A stretch of 64,000 nt of DNA from Candidatus Methanomethylicia archaeon (GCA_029259155.1 JAPDJI010000025.1:13578-77577); one strand, 5' to 3'; shown: positions 1 to 9,970, counted from the stretch's first letter. The notes: generated by a model from the sequence alone, not told the origin. Made by a program: numbers and translations.

Positions 1-658
1 AAGCTTCCATGTAACAGTGAAGCTTCCTCCACTCCTTGATCCTCATATCTTCGCTGTCAAGGCGCCTATAAGTAAAGGTGTCGCGATTGTTAGGGTAATG
101 GTCGTGAAAGACGGTAGTTTAGTCACAGAGGCTTCGACAACTACATTAGAAGTGAAGGAGGGCCTTGTAAAACCTGACCCTTATCGTGATGTTTTACAAG
201 CAGCGGTAGTGGAGAGACATGGAAAATCGGGTAGAGTTGGTCTAGGCTTCGTGTCAGGATTTAGTTTGAAGAAGGGTGCTATAGCCTCCTCTTATGCTCA
301 CGACTCACACAACATAGTAGTGGTGGGTGCTTCATGGACCGACATGGCTCTTGCTGTGAACAAGGTCGTGGATATGCAGGGAGGTTATGCTGTTGCGGTT
401 GATGGGAGGGTCGAGGCTGAGGTCAAGTTGGAGGTGGCTGGTTTGATGAGTTATGATGCACCTTTAAAAGTGGCTGAAGCCTTTTCAAGAGTACAGGAAG
501 CCCTAGAACGTTTAGGCTGTAGGTTGACTTCACCTCTTCAAACCCTTTCGTTCATATCTTTACCAGTCATCCCTAAGCTGAAGTTGACCGATAGGGGGCT
601 AGTGGACGTGGAGTCTTTCTCGTTAATTGATCCGCTGGTAAGTGTAGAAGTTAACTAA
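1..658 (+). CDS. ade: Adenine deaminase, C-terminal part (5' truncated by window edge)
   Basis: Frame is open from the window start; motifs VVERHG, GAIASSYAHDSHN, LSFISLPVIPKLKLTDRGL. Confidence 0.9.
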   Translation, partial: SFHVTVKLPPLLDPHIFAVKAPISKGVAIVRVMVVKDGSLVTEASTTTLEVKEGLVKPDPYRDVLQAAVVERHGKSGRVGLGFVSGFSLKKGAIASSYAHDSHNIVVVGASWTDMALAVNKVVDMQGGYAVAVDGRVEAEVKLEVAGLMSYDAPLKVAEAFSRVQEALERLGCRLTSPLQTLSFISLPVIPKLKLTDRGLVDVESFSLIDPLVSVEVN

Positions 659-741
659 ACCTCACCATGGAAAATTCGCGATGAACGAGCATTAGCTCCC
701 ATAGTTTCACTTTGGTTTATCTCAGAAAAAGATGTTGTAAG

Positions 742-1551
742 CTATCCTTCATTCTTGGTAGCCTTCAATGCTTGTTTTCTCTTTGTTTTAAAGGCTACTA
801 GCCCTCCAACAACAGCCAACCCTGCAGCTAAGAGAAGCCCTCCGCTTGACTTCGACATTTCGCTTGTTTCATGGATAACCGATGCAACTTCAGAAACTTC
901 TCGGACTGCTTCAACCTCTGCGTATGACCTTTTCTCAACGTTAGGTAGACCTAATTGCTCCGGTGGGGCCGTTAACACCATTATAACACAGGTCCCACCA
1001 GCTTCCTCGAGCCCATATAGGTAGCCGCCTATCTCATTTGCTCTCGCCTGTGCTGTGCGAACGATTTCTTCTCTTTCCCCGAACATTAAAGCTCCTGTTG
1101 GACATGTATGGACGCATGCAGGCTCATAGCCTACAGACTGTCTATCAATACACATAGTGCATTTCCGCGTACCAACTCCTCGCTCAAACTTTGGTACGTG
1201 GAAAGGACATACATTAACACACATTAAACATCCTACACACCGCTCAGAATGTGTCACTACTGCTCCTGTTTCGGGATCTCTCTCTATTGCCCTAACAGGG
1301 CAGATTGCAACACATACAGGATCTAGGCAATGCATACACCGAAATGACACGAAGTGAAGTTTGAAGCTTTCGTCTCCCTCGATACCCACGTATTTAATGA
1401 CATTCCATGTACTCGCAGTGAGTTCCTGCGTGTTCTTGTAGTCTGAGCCTTCAGTATACTCGGCCTCGAGCTCATTCCATCTCTTACACGCAACCTGACA
1501 AGCTCTGCAACCTATACACTTTGAGGCATCATACAGGATTGCATTAACCAA
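742..1551 (-). CDS. 4x[4Fe-4S] electron-transfer subunit (FdnH/HybA/PsrB family) with C-terminal membrane anchor
   Basis: CIGCRACQVAC, CMHCLDPVCVAICP, CVGCLMCVNVCP, CTMC...CVHTCP; hydrophobic C-terminus followed by basic residues; no Tat motif; TTG start. Confidence 0.9.
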   Translation of the reverse strand: MVNAILYDASKCIGCRACQVACKRWNELEAEYTEGSDYKNTQELTASTWNVIKYVGIEGDESFKLHFVSFRCMHCLDPVCVAICPVRAIERDPETGAVVTHSERCVGCLMCVNVCPFHVPKFERGVGTRKCTMCIDRQSVGYEPACVHTCPTGALMFGEREEIVRTAQARANEIGGYLYGLEEAGGTCVIMVLTAPPEQLGLPNVEKRSYAEVEAVREVSEVASVIHETSEMSKSSGGLLLAAGLAVVGGLVAFKTKRKQALKATKNEG

Positions 1552-1692
1552 GCTCTTTTAACCCCCAAGGGGTTACATCGGACCCCCTTTACTTGACTCG
1601 GTATTTAAGATTTATGCTGGTCTAGTTCTAAGACCATCAAGCTTCATAAAAGCTTAAATATCCTTAACTTACGCTGAGCCAACAGAGCTGCA

Positions 1693-3945
1693 ATGTCGCT
1701 CCGATTGAGTAGGCGTAACTTTTTGAAGCTTGCGGCGTCTGGTCTGCTATTGGGCTTAGCTCCTAAGGCTCTAGAGCCCATCAGTGCAGAGGCAGGAAAC
1801 TACTACTATGAAAAGATGTTCAGTTCCTCTCTTCGTTACGGAGTCTGCGGTATCTGTGGCTCTTCGTGTGCCTTAAAGGCGTATGTTGAAGGGGACTATT
1901 TCATAAGGGATTTAGAGGGTAACCCTGATGACTTGCAGAGCCAAGGCAAGCTTTGTGCTAAGGGAAATGCAGGCATCCAGTATGCTTATGACCCTGATAG
2001 GCTCAAGTACCCCATGAAGAGAACAAACCCAGAGAAAGGCATAGATGTTGATCCTGGCTGGGTGAGAATAACCTGGGATGAGGCGCTAGACCTCATAGCC
2101 AATAAATTCAACGAGATTAAAGAAACCTATGGTGGGCAAGCTATAATATTCATGGCGCATCCCGGCGAAAGCATGGCCTGGATGATGAGATTAGCACGTG
2201 CAGTAGGAAGCCCTAACTACATTAATCACCTGGATACCTGTGTTATCACGAACGTCTTAGTCAGGAAGTATACGATGTTCATTCCCACTTTCTGCTGCGA
2301 CCTGGAAAACTCACGGTATATCTTATGCTTTGGTTGGGATCAGCCAGCTAAAGGGAAGATAGTCTATTCTCATCGTTTCATAAGGGCAAAGGATGAAGGA
2401 GCTAAAGTGGTGGTTCTTAACCCAATGTATACACCAACGACCTCTAAAGCTGATGAATGGATCTCTATCAAGCCAGGCACAGACCTCGCCTTTGCCTTGG
2501 CCATGATCAACGTGATAATAAACGATAACCTATACGACGAGGAATACGTAACTTCCTACACGAACTTCCCAGCTTACGAAAATGAGATAAGGTCATGGGT
2601 GGCCCAATACACGCCAGAGTGGGCTGAGTCCATAACCGAGGTACCTGCAGAGACCATTAGGAGAATAGCCACTGAGTTTGCTACTACTAAGCCGTCGGTA
2701 GCTTTAACCCATAAGAGGGACCCCGCAGGTCCTTCCTACACTAATAGTTGGCGCCTCTCCCATGCTATAGTAATACTAAATGCTCTTGTGGGAAGTATTG
2801 ATAACACCGGAGGGATAGTTTACCCGAGAACCTTCCCGGTGCGCAACGTAAATCAGCTCTATCAACCTCCACCTACTCCTACAGTGACCGAAAAGATAGA
2901 CGGCAAGGATAAACTCCCTCTACTCAATCCCCTTAACCATGGAATATTCTCTACTCTTGCTAATGGGATCCTAAACGATCAGCCATACCCAGTGAAAGCT
3001 GCATTGATAAGAGGATACAACGTCCTCTCCTTCCCGAACCCTAATAAGATCATCGAAGCCTTCAAGAAGCTCGAATTCATCGCAGTGATAGACATAATAC
3101 CTAGCGAGATGGCCATGCTGGCTGACGTCGTATTGCCTGAGGCCACTTATTGGGAGGTTAAAGGAATCTCGTCGCGCACGTATAATGGTCTTCACCCTCA
3201 GCTTGCCATCCGGGAACAGGTTATAAAGCCTATGTATGAGGTCAGGAGCCTTGGCTGGATATGCATTGAACTAGGCAAGAGACTAGCACCAGAGTATTTC
3301 GACTTTACACCTGATGAGCTATTGAATGAGCAAGTTAGGGGGACAGGGTTAGCTAACTCCTTTGAAGAGCTCGTCCAAAAAGCGACCAACGGACTCGTTA
3401 GTAGCGGTGAGTTCGTACCTCTCGAAAAGCTTCAAGCACTTACAAGCGGAGGACTAAAGATACAGATATACTGTGAAAACTTTGCTGCCCATGGTTACGA
3501 CCCTCTACCGTCCTGGGAACCTAAGCGGGAGACCCCAACATTAGAGTACCCCTACTACCTGCTGGTAACTCGCCCAGCAGTCCATAGGCATGGTAAGACT
3601 ACGAACATACCATGGTTACATGAAATTTGCCCGGAGAACCATGTATTAATACATCCCGATGAGGCAGCCAGGTTAGGGATAGAGGATGATGAGTGGGTCT
3701 ACGTGGAATCGAGGTACGGCAGGATTAAGCTCAAAGCACTACGTTACGCAGGTATCAGGCGTGACTGTGTATGTGTAGCTCATGGTTTTGGCCACTGGTC
3801 TAGACAGCTCAGCTTAGCTTATGGATGGGGCGCTAATGACGGAGACCTAATCCCCGACCAGACCATAGACGAACTGTTGGCCAGGAAGGATCCAACAGGC
3901 GCTGCACCTATGAGTGATGTCTGCGTCAAAGTGTACAGAGCATAA
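1693..3945 (+). CDS. Tat-exported molybdopterin oxidoreductase catalytic subunit, polysulfide/thiosulfate reductase (PsrA/PhsA)-like
   Basis: SRRNFLK Tat motif; CGICGSSC...LCAKG FeS motif; HLDTC at the Cys-ligand position; ADVVLPEATYWE; C-terminal HGFGH. Confidence 0.8.
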   Translation: MSLRLSRRNFLKLAASGLLLGLAPKALEPISAEAGNYYYEKMFSSSLRYGVCGICGSSCALKAYVEGDYFIRDLEGNPDDLQSQGKLCAKGNAGIQYAYDPDRLKYPMKRTNPEKGIDVDPGWVRITWDEALDLIANKFNEIKETYGGQAIIFMAHPGESMAWMMRLARAVGSPNYINHLDTCVITNVLVRKYTMFIPTFCCDLENSRYILCFGWDQPAKGKIVYSHRFIRAKDEGAKVVVLNPMYTPTTSKADEWISIKPGTDLAFALAMINVIINDNLYDEEYVTSYTNFPAYENEIRSWVAQYTPEWAESITEVPAETIRRIATEFATTKPSVALTHKRDPAGPSYTNSWRLSHAIVILNALVGSIDNTGGIVYPRTFPVRNVNQLYQPPPTPTVTEKIDGKDKLPLLNPLNHGIFSTLANGILNDQPYPVKAALIRGYNVLSFPNPNKIIEAFKKLEFIAVIDIIPSEMAMLADVVLPEATYWEVKGISSRTYNGLHPQLAIREQVIKPMYEVRSLGWICIELGKRLAPEYFDFTPDELLNEQVRGTGLANSFEELVQKATNGLVSSGEFVPLEKLQALTSGGLKIQIYCENFAAHGYDPLPSWEPKRETPTLEYPYYLLVTRPAVHRHGKTTNIPWLHEICPENHVLIHPDEAARLGIEDDEWVYVESRYGRIKLKALRYAGIRRDCVCVAHGFGHWSRQLSLAYGWGANDGDLIPDQTIDELLARKDPTGAAPMSDVCVKVYRA

Positions 3946-3964
3946 AGGAGCTTGCATATTTTCT

Positions 3965-4627
3965 ATGATAAACTTAAAACATTTTTTGGCAGCACGCGCA
4001 AACCTTTACGCAATTCTTGCTCTATGTTTTCATTATCCTGATGTAAACTTTACAAGGGCTTTGGTTAAAGGAGAAGTAATCAAAGTTCTCGAAGAGTCTG
4101 TAGATAGTCTCGGTGAAGATTATTCCTCTCTGAAGGATGGGATAAACCTCGTCAAGAACTATATAAAGAAGTACAAGGACAAGGATATTGAGGAAGTCTG
4201 GAAAGCCCTAGCTGTTGAATATACTAGAATTTTTATTGACTCGAAACATGTTCCTTGTCCTCCATACGAATCGTTCTACGTGAACGGCGGCTATGTGATG
4301 CAGCAGTCGACGAAGGAGGTTCTTAGGTCTTACCTGAGCTCTGGCTTTAAGTTATCAGACAACTTTAAGGACCTGCCAGATCACATCGCTGTTGAGCTAG
4401 AGTTTGTCTCTCTTTCAATCCGCAAATGCCTCGAGTTGCCGGAAACATCAACGATAAAGGAACTTGAAGACTGCGTAGAGAATGCTAGAACTTTTATAAA
4501 AGAACACCTTGCTAGATGGGTCTCTTCATTTTACAAGAGGGTCCATGAATTTAGTAGATGCGACTTTTTCAAGGGAGCAGCTCTTCTACTAAAAGAGTTT
4601 ATCTCCATAGAATCACGTTTACTTTAG
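3965..4627 (+). CDS. TorD/DmsD-family molybdoenzyme maturation chaperone
   Basis: EYTRIF, PPYESFY, LPDHIAVELEF, FIKEHLARW motifs; follows the Mo-enzyme gene. Confidence 0.9.
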   Translation: MINLKHFLAARANLYAILALCFHYPDVNFTRALVKGEVIKVLEESVDSLGEDYSSLKDGINLVKNYIKKYKDKDIEEVWKALAVEYTRIFIDSKHVPCPPYESFYVNGGYVMQQSTKEVLRSYLSSGFKLSDNFKDLPDHIAVELEFVSLSIRKCLELPETSTIKELEDCVENARTFIKEHLARWVSSFYKRVHEFSRCDFFKGAALLLKEFISIESRLL

Positions 4628-4753
4628 GTGATCTATGGATCACTTCATTGATCATTAATTTCTACAGTTATAGATGACGGGTACGACATAGCGCCCTTCG
4701 TCATGGACCTTAACCAGTCATCAACATGAACCTCCAATTCTCCTTCGTTTTTG

Positions 4754-4770
4754 CGAAACGCTTATTAAAG
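4754..4770 (+). promoter_or_regulatory. BRE/TATA promoter of hydrogenase operon
   Basis: CGAAACGCTTATTAAAG, ending 30 nt before ATG 4801; near-identical copy at 7998-8014. Confidence 0.6.
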
Positions 4771-4800
4771 TAGGTATTGGCCCTAGTAAAACGATCGAAC

Positions 4801-5958
4801 ATGAGGCTGTCTAGGCGCGAGTTCCTCAAAACAGTGACCTTACTTGGTGCAGCGGCTGCCATAGAACTGTATAAACCAGAGATTGTCCAAGCGCTTGAAT
4901 CCGCAGCTAGTGGCGAGATACCGGTAGCCTGGGTGCAAGGCGCAGGCTGTACAGGCTGTACGATCTCTCTCATACAGAGCAGCGACCCTGACCTCGTTGA
5001 AGCTCTAACATGGTTTAGGCTTAACCTAAGCTTCCACCCAACCATTATGGTAGAGCCTCAACACGACCCTGAAGGAGCCCTCAAGAAGTTAGAGGAGTTT
5101 CCTGAAGGAGGAGTTTTAATACTTGAAGGAGCCATTCCTCAAGGCAACTACTGCATGGTAGGCGAGAAGGAAGGGCAACCAGTTACCCTTGAGGAGTGGA
5201 TGGAGGAGCTCGGCAGTAAGGCAAGCGTAGCCCTTGCCTTTGGTACCTGCGCTGCTTTCGGCGGCATACCTGCAGGGTACCCCAACCCTACTGGTTGCCG
5301 TGGCCTCAAGGACTTCTTCGATGAAAAAGGGATCACTACACCCGTCATAAATATTTCAGGCTGCCCGCCTCATCCAGACTGGATGCTACTAACAATAGCG
5401 CTGGTAGCGCTTGGCCACGCTGACTGGGTATTAGATAGTCTCGATGAGTATAATAGGCCAAGCTGGTTCTACCCAGACTACATCCATAACCTATGCCCAA
5501 GGAGGCAATACTTCGATAACCTTGAGATAGCTGAACATCCCGGCGACTGGGAGACTAAGTGTCTATGGAGGATCGGATGCCGCGGACCCGTAACCAAGGC
5601 AGACTGCCCCATTAGGCTTTGGAACAATGGCACGAACTTCTGCATCTCTGCCAATGCACCCTGCATCGGGTGCGTAAACCCAGACTTCCCGGGCAAAGAA
5701 GCTAACCCCAAGGGCTTCTATGAACACTTAGCCAACCCTAACGTAGGGGAGCCAAAGGTATTCAGCGCCCCCTTCACCGTGGATCTCAAGACCCTATCAT
5801 ACAGGGACACAGTGGCCTCAACGGGACGAGCATTCGCGCTAACTGCCATAGATAAAATAGCTCTAGCAGCCATGGGCCTAGGAGCAGCCACCGTCCTCTT
5901 GAAAGGTCGTGTTCAGCACAAGGAAAGCAGGAAGAAGGAGGTGAATGAGAATGCCTGA
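4801..5958 (+). CDS. [NiFe] hydrogenase small subunit (group 1, Tat signal, C-terminal anchor)
   Basis: SRREFLK; GCTGC, GTCAAFGG, GCPPHP, HNLCPRR, CLWRIGCRGP, PCIGC. Confidence 0.95.
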   Translation: MRLSRREFLKTVTLLGAAAAIELYKPEIVQALESAASGEIPVAWVQGAGCTGCTISLIQSSDPDLVEALTWFRLNLSFHPTIMVEPQHDPEGALKKLEEFPEGGVLILEGAIPQGNYCMVGEKEGQPVTLEEWMEELGSKASVALAFGTCAAFGGIPAGYPNPTGCRGLKDFFDEKGITTPVINISGCPPHPDWMLLTIALVALGHADWVLDSLDEYNRPSWFYPDYIHNLCPRRQYFDNLEIAEHPGDWETKCLWRIGCRGPVTKADCPIRLWNNGTNFCISANAPCIGCVNPDFPGKEANPKGFYEHLANPNVGEPKVFSAPFTVDLKTLSYRDTVASTGRAFALTAIDKIALAAMGLGAATVLLKGRVQHKESRKKEVNENA

Positions 5959-7474
5959 GGTCGTAATAGATCCTATGAGTAGGATCGAAGGACACATGGC
6001 CATTAAATTAATGGTAGAGGACGGCCAGGTCGTGGATGCATGGTCCATGGGCATGCTATGGAGAGGCTTAGAGCGAGTGGTCCTCAATAGAGACCCGAGA
6101 GACGCCCCGATAATACTCTCACGTATATGCGGCGTGTGCCACGGCGTCCATCGCCAAACATCAATCCTTGCCATCGAACATGCCTGTATGGGTGAAGATT
6201 ACCACCCTCCTGACAACGCAATCAGGATAAGGAACATCATCGAAGGTATTCAGGAGATATGGGATCACGCCGCTCACCTAACAGTCCTAGCTGGCCCTGA
6301 CTATGCGGTCTACGGCCTAGCCGGTAAATACTGTCCCGGCTTACGTCAGCCACCATGGGCTCCTCCTACCTCTACTGAAACAGCTACATCCTCGGCTCCA
6401 TGCTTAGAGATCGACATAAACAGGTACTACAGCCTACTCCATAATGTCATCCTGCCTGTACAGAAGCTTTGCCACGAGGCCATGGCTATCTTTGGCGGCA
6501 AGGTTCCCCACCACATGACAGCCTTGCCTGGTGGAGTAACAGTTACGCCCAGCCCAGCTGACTTGGCGTTAGCGTACGCTAAGATGAGAGAAGTTAAGAA
6601 CATCATAGAGGAGGTCTACAACTATGTATGGGGCACCTTCGTACCCCACCTCTTAGACGAGCACCCGGACGTCGTTGAAGCGATCACCAATATAGGCGTA
6701 GGCGTCAAAAACTTCCTTGCCTACGGCGTCTGTCCAGTTCCGGAGAACAATTACGCAAAGTTCCTAGATGGCGGCGTCATCATAAACGGCGACAGGTATA
6801 GCATTGACTTAAACGAAATCGAAGAACAGGTCAAGTACTCCTGGTACACGGACAGCAGCGGTGGTAAGCCCTCGCAGGAGCCTCCGCCGGAGCCTTATTA
6901 TGGTAAATCCGGAGCTTACTCATGGATTAAAGCTCCAAGATATATGGGCGAGCCCTGTGAAGTAGGCCCCTTAGCCAGAATGCTAGTCAACAACAAATAC
7001 ACCCCTATCTCAAACCAAGGAGCCTCACTACTCGACAGAGTATTAGCAAGGCTGGAAGAGGCTAAACTCTACGCTGAGAACATATTAGACTGGATTCTAA
7101 GCGTAAAGCCAGGACAGCCAGTATATGACACCGACTTCGAGCTGAGAGATGGAGAAGGCTTCGGGACCTGGGAGCCACCCAGAGGCGCGCTACTACACTA
7201 CATCAGGATAAGAGATGGAAAGACCGCGGCGTATCAATGCGTGGTACCTACCACTTGGAACGCCTCTCCGCGCGACGTCAACGGGAAGAAGGGACCCATT
7301 GAGACCGCCCTGATCGGTACCCCAGTACCCTACGACGAGGAAGCAGGGCATTATGACGTGATTAACGCGGTTAGGATCGTTAGGTCGTTCGATCCCTGCT
7401 TAGCCTGCGCCATACACCTAATAACGCCTAAAGGTGAAGCCTTAAGAGTACCTGTTACACCACTCTTACCATAG
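5951..7474 (+). CDS. [NiFe] hydrogenase large subunit (group 1)
   Basis: RIEGH, L1 RICGVC, L2 SFDPCLACAIH plus cleavable C-terminal tail; GGAGGTGA SD before 5951. Confidence 0.95.
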   Translation: MPEVVIDPMSRIEGHMAIKLMVEDGQVVDAWSMGMLWRGLERVVLNRDPRDAPIILSRICGVCHGVHRQTSILAIEHACMGEDYHPPDNAIRIRNIIEGIQEIWDHAAHLTVLAGPDYAVYGLAGKYCPGLRQPPWAPPTSTETATSSAPCLEIDINRYYSLLHNVILPVQKLCHEAMAIFGGKVPHHMTALPGGVTVTPSPADLALAYAKMREVKNIIEEVYNYVWGTFVPHLLDEHPDVVEAITNIGVGVKNFLAYGVCPVPENNYAKFLDGGVIINGDRYSIDLNEIEEQVKYSWYTDSSGGKPSQEPPPEPYYGKSGAYSWIKAPRYMGEPCEVGPLARMLVNNKYTPISNQGASLLDRVLARLEEAKLYAENILDWILSVKPGQPVYDTDFELRDGEGFGTWEPPRGALLHYIRIRDGKTAAYQCVVPTTWNASPRDVNGKKGPIETALIGTPVPYDEEAGHYDVINAVRIVRSFDPCLACAIHLITPKGEALRVPVTPLLP

Positions 7475-7484
7475 CGAGTAAAGA

Positions 7485-7940
7485 TTGTCGAAAAAGACAG
7501 CTGTGATAGGCTTAGGCAACACGCTGATGGCTGATGAAGGTGTAGGCGTAAAGGTGGTTAAGGAGCTTAAAAAACAAGCCTTGCCACCTAATGTGGAGGT
7601 TTACGAAGCTGGAACTCCTGGACTTTTTTTAATTTCTTTAATTGAAGGTTTTGATAAAGTCATTTTGGTGGATGCAGTAGAGCTGAAGGGTCCTCCTGGG
7701 ACGATCTATCGTCTTAGTTTCGAGGAAGGGCTTTTCGAGACTTCTAGCCCGACTTCAATGCACGAGATTGACGCTATAACTGCCTTGAAGATAGCTAAAC
7801 ATACAGGGAAGCTTCCACGAGAAGTGGTTATAGTGGGCATAGAGCCTAAGGTAGTGGAATTAGGGGAGGGTCTCTCTCCTGAGGTTGAGGCCGCTATACC
7901 TAAGGCCGTTAAACTCTTGCTCAACGAGCTAAAAACGTAA
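7485..7940 (+). CDS. Hydrogenase maturation protease
   Basis: GLGNTLMADEGVG, VILVDA, SMHE motifs. Confidence 0.93.
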   Translation: MSKKTAVIGLGNTLMADEGVGVKVVKELKKQALPPNVEVYEAGTPGLFLISLIEGFDKVILVDAVELKGPPGTIYRLSFEEGLFETSSPTSMHEIDAITALKIAKHTGKLPREVVIVGIEPKVVELGEGLSPEVEAAIPKAVKLLLNELKT

Positions 7941-7997
7941 CCAATAGATAGCATTGCAGGCTTCAATACTCTAAGAGAGCTACCTTATTTGGCTGTC

Positions 7998-8014
7998 CGA
8001 AACACTTATTAAAG
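7998..8014 (+). promoter_or_regulatory. BRE/TATA promoter of the FeS subunit-NrfD pair
   Basis: CGAAACACTTATTAAAG, 16/17 identical to 4754-4770. Confidence 0.6.
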
Positions 8015-8069
8015 CCAATCAACGACCACTGTCGCGCTAGCATGAGGCTTCCTGTTGGAGGCTGGAACA

Positions 8070-9011
8070 ATGACTAATGTGGAAAGGAGGCTAACGAGAA
8101 GAGATTTCCTTAAAGTATTCGGTGGGGGTGTCGCGGCTTCATTCATGGGCCTTTCCTCTCCTCAAATGTCTAGCTCAGGAACCTCTAGCGCCTCGGAGAC
8201 GTATGCTATGCTATACGATAACACAAAGTGTATAGGGTGCAATGCCTGTGTAGTGGCATGCAGGTTATGGAATGGAAGATTAGGTGGACGTTTTCCTTTC
8301 CTCTTGGAGGACAGGATTGGCCCTCAGGAACCTCCGGAGGAACCTAAGATCGATGAACATCACTTCCTAGTCATAGTTCCCCACCCTGAGCTTAGACACC
8401 AGGATGGTAGAGGAGTGTTTCAGCGAAGATCATGTATGCATTGTGTTGAGCCGCCGTGTCTATACGTCTGTCCTACAAATGCCATCTACCAATATAAGGG
8501 GATAAACCTAACTGACTATGACCGATGTTTCGGCTGCCAGTACTGCGTTATAGCTTGTCCTTATAAGGCCAGGGTGTTCTATGAAGGTGAAGGATGGGGT
8601 GTTCCAGTTAAGTGCTGGTTCTGCCTTGATAGGCTCGAACAGGGCCTATATCCTGCATGCGTAAGCGTATGTCCCGTGGGTGCGCTTGACTTTGGCACTC
8701 GCGATGAAATGGTTGCTAAGGCTTATGCAAGATGCGATGAGCTTAGAGCTGAAGGTAGGGAAGCTTACATCTGGGGGGCCGGTGAGGAGCATGGTACCAA
8801 CGTGATCTTTGTCTCAGATGTACCGTTCGAAGAGCTAGGCTTGCCTGAACCTGAGATGAGGGTACCTGCACCAGAGGCCTACCCGAAGCTATTCTTAGAA
8901 CGTGGAGGCCTAGCCACCTTCGGAGGCGCAGCGCTTATATTCTTGAGCTTCGCACTGTGGCGCAGATCTAGAATAATTAAAGCTAAGGTTAAGGAGATCC
9001 CGAGGGGTTGA
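8070..9011 (+). CDS. Tat-exported 4x[4Fe-4S] subunit (HybA-like) with C-terminal anchor
   Basis: TRRDFLK; four Cys clusters; C-terminal TM segment then RRSR. Confidence 0.88.
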   Translation: MTNVERRLTRRDFLKVFGGGVAASFMGLSSPQMSSSGTSSASETYAMLYDNTKCIGCNACVVACRLWNGRLGGRFPFLLEDRIGPQEPPEEPKIDEHHFLVIVPHPELRHQDGRGVFQRRSCMHCVEPPCLYVCPTNAIYQYKGINLTDYDRCFGCQYCVIACPYKARVFYEGEGWGVPVKCWFCLDRLEQGLYPACVSVCPVGALDFGTRDEMVAKAYARCDELRAEGREAYIWGAGEEHGTNVIFVSDVPFEELGLPEPEMRVPAPEAYPKLFLERGGLATFGGAALIFLSFALWRRSRIIKAKVKEIPRG

Positions 9012-9970
9012 TCGAGATGATCGAGCTTTTATCGGAGGAACTACCTTGGGGCTTAACTATCGCTTTAGCTCTCTACTTTGGAGGACTGGGCGGAGGCTCC
9101 TTCATAGTAGCTGCAGTCACTAGCTTCATTTCAGGCGAGGAATTCAGGGATATTATGAAGTTCGGTGCCTATATAGGACTGATAGCAACAGCCTTATGCG
9201 GCACCTTCCTTGCTCTCCACGCTGGACATCCTGAACGACTGCTATACATGTATAGTAACCCCATATCTATGATAACCTTCGGCACCTGCGTAATATCTTC
9301 GATACTACCGATAGGGCTAATTTATGCCACCTTCCTGCCGCCAGACTCTCTACCGTGGTTGAAGTCGTTCTTACCGTGGTCCGTGTACGTTAAGCCAAGG
9401 AAGTTCTTCGAGCTACTGCTATTCATACTTGGCTCAGGCCTAGCTGGCTACACAGGTTTCGTGTTAGGTATAGCATGGGCACAGCCTTTCTGGGAGACTC
9501 CGTTGATAACTGTGTTGTTCTATGTTTCCGGCGTGTCCACAGCTTTAATGGCCATAGGCCTATGCATAGCTATTCTTCGTTTAGTGCAGGTTACCGAGGA
9601 ATCCAAGAAGCTCTTCGTAGAAATGATGCATAGGCTCGACGTAGCCGACGGCTACATGTTACTCATAGAGCTGGGCGCTGCTATGCTATACTTATACATC
9701 ATGTTCAACAACCCATCAGAAATTGCACGCGAATCTGCAGCCATACTGGCCTTCGGGGAACTAGCTCCTCTATTCTGGGGAGGCTTCATATTCCTCGGCT
9801 TAATAATACCTATCATGCTAGTAGTGCTATTAGCGTGGAAAGGCAGGACGGCTGCCTTCATAAGGCTTTACGCTCCGTTGATGATAGTCGCTGCGCTATG
9901 CGTACTAATCGGAGGAGCCTTTATGAGATACTGCTTCCTAGTTGCTGGACAGCTACCAGTGGTAGGCTAA
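9008..9970 (+). CDS. NrfD/PsrC-family membrane anchor
   Basis: PWGLTIALALYFGGLGGG, HAGHPER, multiple TM segments, C-terminal GGAFMRY...AGQ. Confidence 0.9.
   Translation: MIEMIELLSEELPWGLTIALALYFGGLGGGSFIVAAVTSFISGEEFRDIMKFGAYIGLIATALCGTFLALHAGHPERLLYMYSNPISMITFGTCVISSILPIGLIYATFLPPDSLPWLKSFLPWSVYVKPRKFFELLLFILGSGLAGYTGFVLGIAWAQPFWETPLITVLFYVSGVSTALMAIGLCIAILRLVQVTEESKKLFVEMMHRLDVADGYMLLIELGAAMLYLYIMFNNPSEIARESAAILAFGELAPLFWGGFIFLGLIIPIMLVVLLAWKGRTAAFIRLYAPLMIVAALCVLIGGAFMRYCFLVAGQLPVVG

Noticed and set aside
1559-1575. Second BHB intron at the hairpin upstream of the FeS gene
   Set aside because: No 4-bp central helix with 3-nt bulges can be drawn, and no coding frame needs restoring.
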